From: Octopus sinensis
Taxonomy: Eukaryota
Assembly: GCF_006345805.1 (NCBI RefSeq)
Contig: NC_043001.1
Coordinates: forward strand, 15,376,001-15,440,000
Length of the DNA: 64,000 bases
Reading direction: 5' to 3'
Under the pieces are notes generated by a model. It was not told the DNA's origin. It did not search any database and was given only the letters and a program-made list of their open reading frames with translations. This document shows positions 58,869 to 64,000 of this stretch, piece by piece; position 1 is the first letter of the stretch, and each line of letters begins with the position of its first letter. The position numbers and the translations under genes are program-made.

Positions 58869-61800
58869 ATATATATATATATATATATATAATATATGTA
58901 TATATACGTACATATACACATGCATTCATACATACATACGTACGTGCGATCATACGTTTCTATGTATATTCGTCTCCGTACGCTTACCATTCATTTCTCA
59001 TGATGACTAAAATTTAATAATATTGGCACCGTAATTATCCAAACATTTCTATGAAGATGTAGGTGAATTACCATCAGATGTTCTCTCACGAGGCCATTCG
59101 GTGCGTTGCTAACAACATTTTAATTATCCCGTTTTAATTCATCAAGGCTTGGTGAGGTTCCAGTACAAGAAAACAGTCTGAAGTACCAGCGTTATATATC
59201 TTGCCTCCATTTTGCTAAAAGATTTGGCCCAAAGCTGCCGTTGTTATTGTTTTTGTTGTTGTTGTTGTTGTTGCTATTGTTTTGAGGTTTATAGCATTTA
59301 AGGAAAGGAAAAAAGACCCCTAAGTCTTTGTTATTGCTGTTGTTGCTTGTTTGTTTGTTTGTTTGTTGAGCGAAGCGGTCTTCGTCCCAGTTGTGGGTAA
59401 AGTCCGAAACGTGGTCCTTTTGCTATTCGTAAGACCCGCAGAAGAGAAAGCAGGTCAACCCCCCGACACCGAGAGCATCGACGGATGGATGGATGCGCGA
59501 GCTGGCAGAATCGTTAGCACGCCGGGCGAAATGCGTAGCCGTATTCCGTCTGCCGTTACGTTCTGAGTTCAAATTCCGCCGAGGTCGACTTTGCCTTTCA
59601 TTCTTTCGGGGTCGATAAATTAAGTACCAGTTACGCACTGGGGGTCGATGTAATCGACTTAATCCGTTTGTCTGTCCTTGTTTGTACCCTCTATGTTTAG
59701 CCCCTTGTGGGTAGTAAAGAAATAGGATGGATGAATGCGCATCCAGGCTCAGCGGTTGCGTAGGAAGTCGGGGACAAGAAACAGGAAGAAAGAGCGAGAG
59801 AAAGTTGAAGCGAAAGAGTACAACAGGGGTCGCCACCACCCACTGCCGGAGCCTCGTGGAGCTTTTGGTATTTTCGTTCAATAAACACACACAACGTCCG
59901 GTCTGGGAATCGAAACCGCGATCCTCCGACCGCGAGTCCGCTGCCCTAACCACTGGGCCATTGCGCCTCCTCTGCTGTTGATGTTGCTGTCACTGTTGCT
60001 CCCAGGGTTGCTTTGCTCGCGTTTAATTCCGTAGGTATGGTTTGATGTCTTTACCCTCCCAAGAAGGTATCGGATTGAAAATTGCTGTTGTGTTTGTTGC
60101 TGTTCTTCTTGTCACTGTTATTTGATGTGGACGGATGCGTTTAGAAGTTAATTTCTTTTAGGAAGGAAAAAAAAGAACCACATATATCTTATGTGGTTCG
60201 TTTTACGAAAAATTCTCATTGAAATATTTAACCGTTTGCTCCCATTCCATGGATAATTAGAAGAAAGAAAAACTGGAATTCGGTTGATTACGACGACGAG
60301 GGTTCCAGCTGATCCGATAAACGGAATAGCCTTCCCGTGAAATTAAAGTGCATCTGGCTGAGTACTCCACAGCCACGCGTACCCTTAACGTAGTTCTTAG
60401 AGAGTTTCAGCGTGACACAGAATGTGACATGGCCGCCATTTTGAAATACAGGTACAACTCACTTATGCCAGCTGAGTGGGTTGGAGCAACGTGAAATAAA
60501 GTGGCCTGCTCAAGGGTATAGCACGCTTTCAGGAATCGAACTCATGTCCTTACAATTGTGAGCTGAATACCCTAATCACTAAGCCACGCGCCTTCATAAC
60601 AGAAGGAGAATGCTGTATTTGATGGCATTCAAGACGCACTCCTGGCCTTACCGAAAAATGTCTAAAAAAAATAAAACTCTGGATCGTAAAGTCGGGCCTT
60701 CCACAAGGCTTAAGCACTAAAATCATTTTTTTTCTTTCTGAACATTCACTGCTGACGGTAAGGCGCGCCTTATGTCCGCGCGCCTTTTATGGTAGTTCTT
60801 CGACATTTTCAACGTGTCCATATATTCGTGCAGATATTCGTTTGCTTTATTTATTCATAGTCCAATATGACCACGCAGACGCAGCAGTGTATTGAGAGGT
60901 TTTCTGGTTCTGGGTTCAGTTCCACTGCGTGGTATCTTGAGCAAATATCTTCTACTATACCCTCGGGCCGACCAAAGTCTTGCGAGTGGACTTGATAGAT
61001 GGACACTGAAAGAAGCTTGTTATGTGTGTGTGTGTGTGTGTGTGTGTTTTTGTGTCTGTGTTTATCCTCCACTACACCGCTTGACAACCGGTGTCGATTT
61101 GATTACGCCCTTATAACTTAGCAGTCTAGTAAATGAGAATCGGTAAAATAAGTACCAGGTTTAAAAGATTGCAGGGTCCGATTCTATCAACTAAAAGTTC
61201 TTCAAGGTGGTGTCCCAGCATGGCTGCAGTCTGAAGACTAACACAAGTAAGATATAAAAAGGTGACCACCTCTGTAAAAGTGAGAGGAGGTACTAGCCGC
61301 GTTAATGGCAGTAGTAGTTAATATGACATCAAAACAGTTGGAAACACAACGATTTAAGAAAAACATAAAAACATAACTATGTAGCAAACTTACAAACACT
61401 TACAATTCGAAACGAACAAGAGAGAGATAACAGGAATGCGAATTTATATGACTTTTTAGAAAGGCAGCACCACTACTAGCAGTTACTATATCAACACTAT
61501 CACCACCACCACCACCAACAACAACAACAACGAATAACTGCTGGTAATATCTTCTGCTAGCGTTGTAAACCAAAAGATGTGATAGACATGAATCAGCGAA
61601 AAAAAGAAAATACATGGGAGCGGTATGTCACAGAAAAGAGTGCTTCCTTGCCCGTTGAATGCTTTCTTGCCATCTCTCTGTTAAAAAAAAAAGGAGGATT
61701 TTCTTATCACATTGAAAATGAGTCTGAGATTGCCTTACTTAATGTGTAACAGGATGTATGTGCTTTCGACAAGGTAAGGCATATGAAAACGTGTACCTAT

Positions 61801-62384
61801 TATTTTAGAGTGTGAATGAGACGACAAGGTAGACAGGGGCCATGCATCCGTAAGCCTGTTCAGAGGAAGTTGCTATAGTAAACGAGCATAGGAAACAAAG
61901 TTTACGGCAACTGACATTGGTGACATTGTGGCCCCTTAGTTTGTAATTACATTTGTGGTACAGTACGGACAGGTGGAGCTTTCTATGCCCTCAAAAGACG
62001 AATCAAAGGAAGCTTTGGTTGATAGAAGGAAGAATGTAGTTCTCATTGACAGGGGCAAAGTATACAGTAGTGTCTGCTGGAGCGTTGAGATTAGGCAAAC
62101 CGCCAAGCAAAGGTAGCGAAAGTGGACACCCACGCACAGGTTTCTGTCACATTTTTGTAATGCAATATGAGCGGGTGATAAGTGTGGTGGTGACGAGAAA
62201 TTATATTTGATCGGGAGGGTCAGCATAGGTTTGCTGGTCCTTACGACCATTTAACACCAAAAAACTATTTTGGAGCTTTGTTGCATTGCTGGCGTAGATT
62301 GGCAATGCTGGACAGGAAACCAAGCTGTTATACTTATGATAGGAAAACCTCCTTTTGAGTGTTCTGCGATGGGGACCTAAAAAA

Positions 62385-62775
62385 GAGAGAGAGGGGGGGA
62401 GACAACGAAAGACAGGGGGAGAGAGAGGGGAGAGGAAGACGAAAAAGAGAGAGAGGGGAGACAAAGAAAGACAGGAGGGAGAGGGGAGAGGAAGAAGAAA
62501 CAGAGAGAATGAGTGATAGAGAAGAGGGAAAGAGAGAGAAAGAGAGGACTAAAGAGAGGAGAGAAAGAGAGGAATAGAGAGTGAGGGGAGGGAGAGAGAG
62601 GAGGGAAAGAGAGGGGAGAAAAGGGAGAGAAAGAGAGAGAATGAGTGACAGAGAGAGAAAGAGAGGAATAGAGAGAGTGAGGGGAGGGAGAGAGAGGAGG
62701 GAAAGAGAGGAAGCGAGAGAAAGAGACAGTGAGAGAGTGAGTGAGGGAGCGAGAGAGAAAGAGAGAGAGAGAGAA
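62385..62775. repeat. Polypurine (GA-rich) low-complexity tract with an internal duplication
   Basis: GAGAGAATGAGTGA...GAGGAATAGAGAGTGAGGGGAGGG occurs twice. Confidence 0.85.
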
Positions 62776-63731
62776 AAGCTAACAGCAGCAACAACAGCAA
62801 ATAGTGAAAGAGACTGCTTCGCCATCGATCCCAGAAATGGATGTGCTGAGGCTCCCATTTACCGCACCCCTCAGTATCACCCCTCCAGTTGAGAAGTTAG
62901 GGAGCAGACAGGACTGAAAGGGAGTGACAGATTGCTGAAAAGTACCAAACAAAATGAAATGTAAGACAAAAAAAAAAAAACGCGCACAGAGAGAAAAGGA
63001 CGACGGTCGAGGGCAAAGGGTGTGTAAAACACACGAAGAAGAACCCCACCCTAAGGAGAATCTGATGGTCGTGTTAAGAACGAGCAATGTATCATTGAGA
63101 TCACAGCTGAGCTCATCTGAAGTTAATAATGATGACATTGTGTGTAGATAGATAGATACGACGGGCTTCTTTCGGTTTCCGTATATCAAATCCGCTCACA
63201 AAGTTTTAGTCGGCCCGGGGCTATAGTAGAAGGCACATGCTCAATGTGTTACGCAGTGGAGACCGAACTCAAAACCACATGGTTGAGAAGCAAACTTCTT
63301 ACCACACAGCCACACCTGAGGAAAACCACATTAACTATTTTACCCGAGTACAAACCTGAAGCACCCAGATGACGTTGGCTACCTTTCGGTACAGTCAACC
63401 TCAAAAGATACCCGAAAACATCTTTGGATGCACCCAGTTTCAATTCAATGAGTAACAGTCAAGCTGTGTCGAGGGTAGCTCTGAAGTTACCGAACGGGTG
63501 GGTTCTCGGCCGTGTGTTGGTGGGTTAACCGATCCTTGTTTCACAATTTAAATTTACGCCTTTTAACTGTTCTATTTTTTATTTTCATCATTTTCTGTGT
63601 TTATAAATCTATATCAATTGATAATGGGTTCACTCCATAAAGTCCACTTCTTGTTTCCTTTCATGTAAATTTTGTCTTGTCTCAAGATTTTACTACTACG
63701 GTTTTGTATGTATGTATGTATACATATATAC

Positions 63732-63828
<97 letters not shown>

Positions 63829-63832
63829 ATAT

Positions 63833-63833
63833 C

Positions 63834-63912
<79 letters not shown>
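63833..63912. repeat. (GATA)n microsatellite
   Basis: Direct sequence. Confidence 0.95.
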
Positions 63913-63913
<1 letters not shown>

Positions 63914-64000
63914 TACATATATACGCAGTTATAGAACAACCATGATATAGTGTCAAAAAAAACGTTACCGTCCAGTATTGTTCCTACTTATATCTCCGTT

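Overview
AT-rich, repeat-dense animal genomic DNA. The SINE and microsatellite landscape looks like an Octopus (coleoid cephalopod) genome; this is an inference from recall and was not searched. No prokaryotic systems, CRISPR arrays, rRNA or true tRNA genes are visible. Contents: (1) a manually inferred, phase-consistent chain of minus-strand coding exons (about 23.5 kb down to 3.9 kb, possibly to 0.9 kb) for a protein I cannot name, with one putative exon inside a perfect 668-bp tandem duplication; (2) dozens of copies of several tRNA-headed SINE families and (ATG)n-tailed RTE-associated elements; (3) three decayed Tc1/mariner elements (two DD34D mariners, one DD37D maT), non-autonomous Helitrons, and piggyBac-, hAT- and unclassified MITEs; (4) 5'-truncated R4/Dong-like restriction-like-endonuclease (RLE) retrotransposon fragments, each abutting (TACA)n repeats in the same orientation, which suggests tetranucleotide-microsatellite targeting; (5) several type I hammerhead-ribozyme-like motifs and palindromes typical of Penelope-like element ends; (6) long microsatellites that explain most ORFs in the supplied track, and a 100-N gap. 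Repeat boundaries are approximate unless TIR/TSD sequences are quoted.
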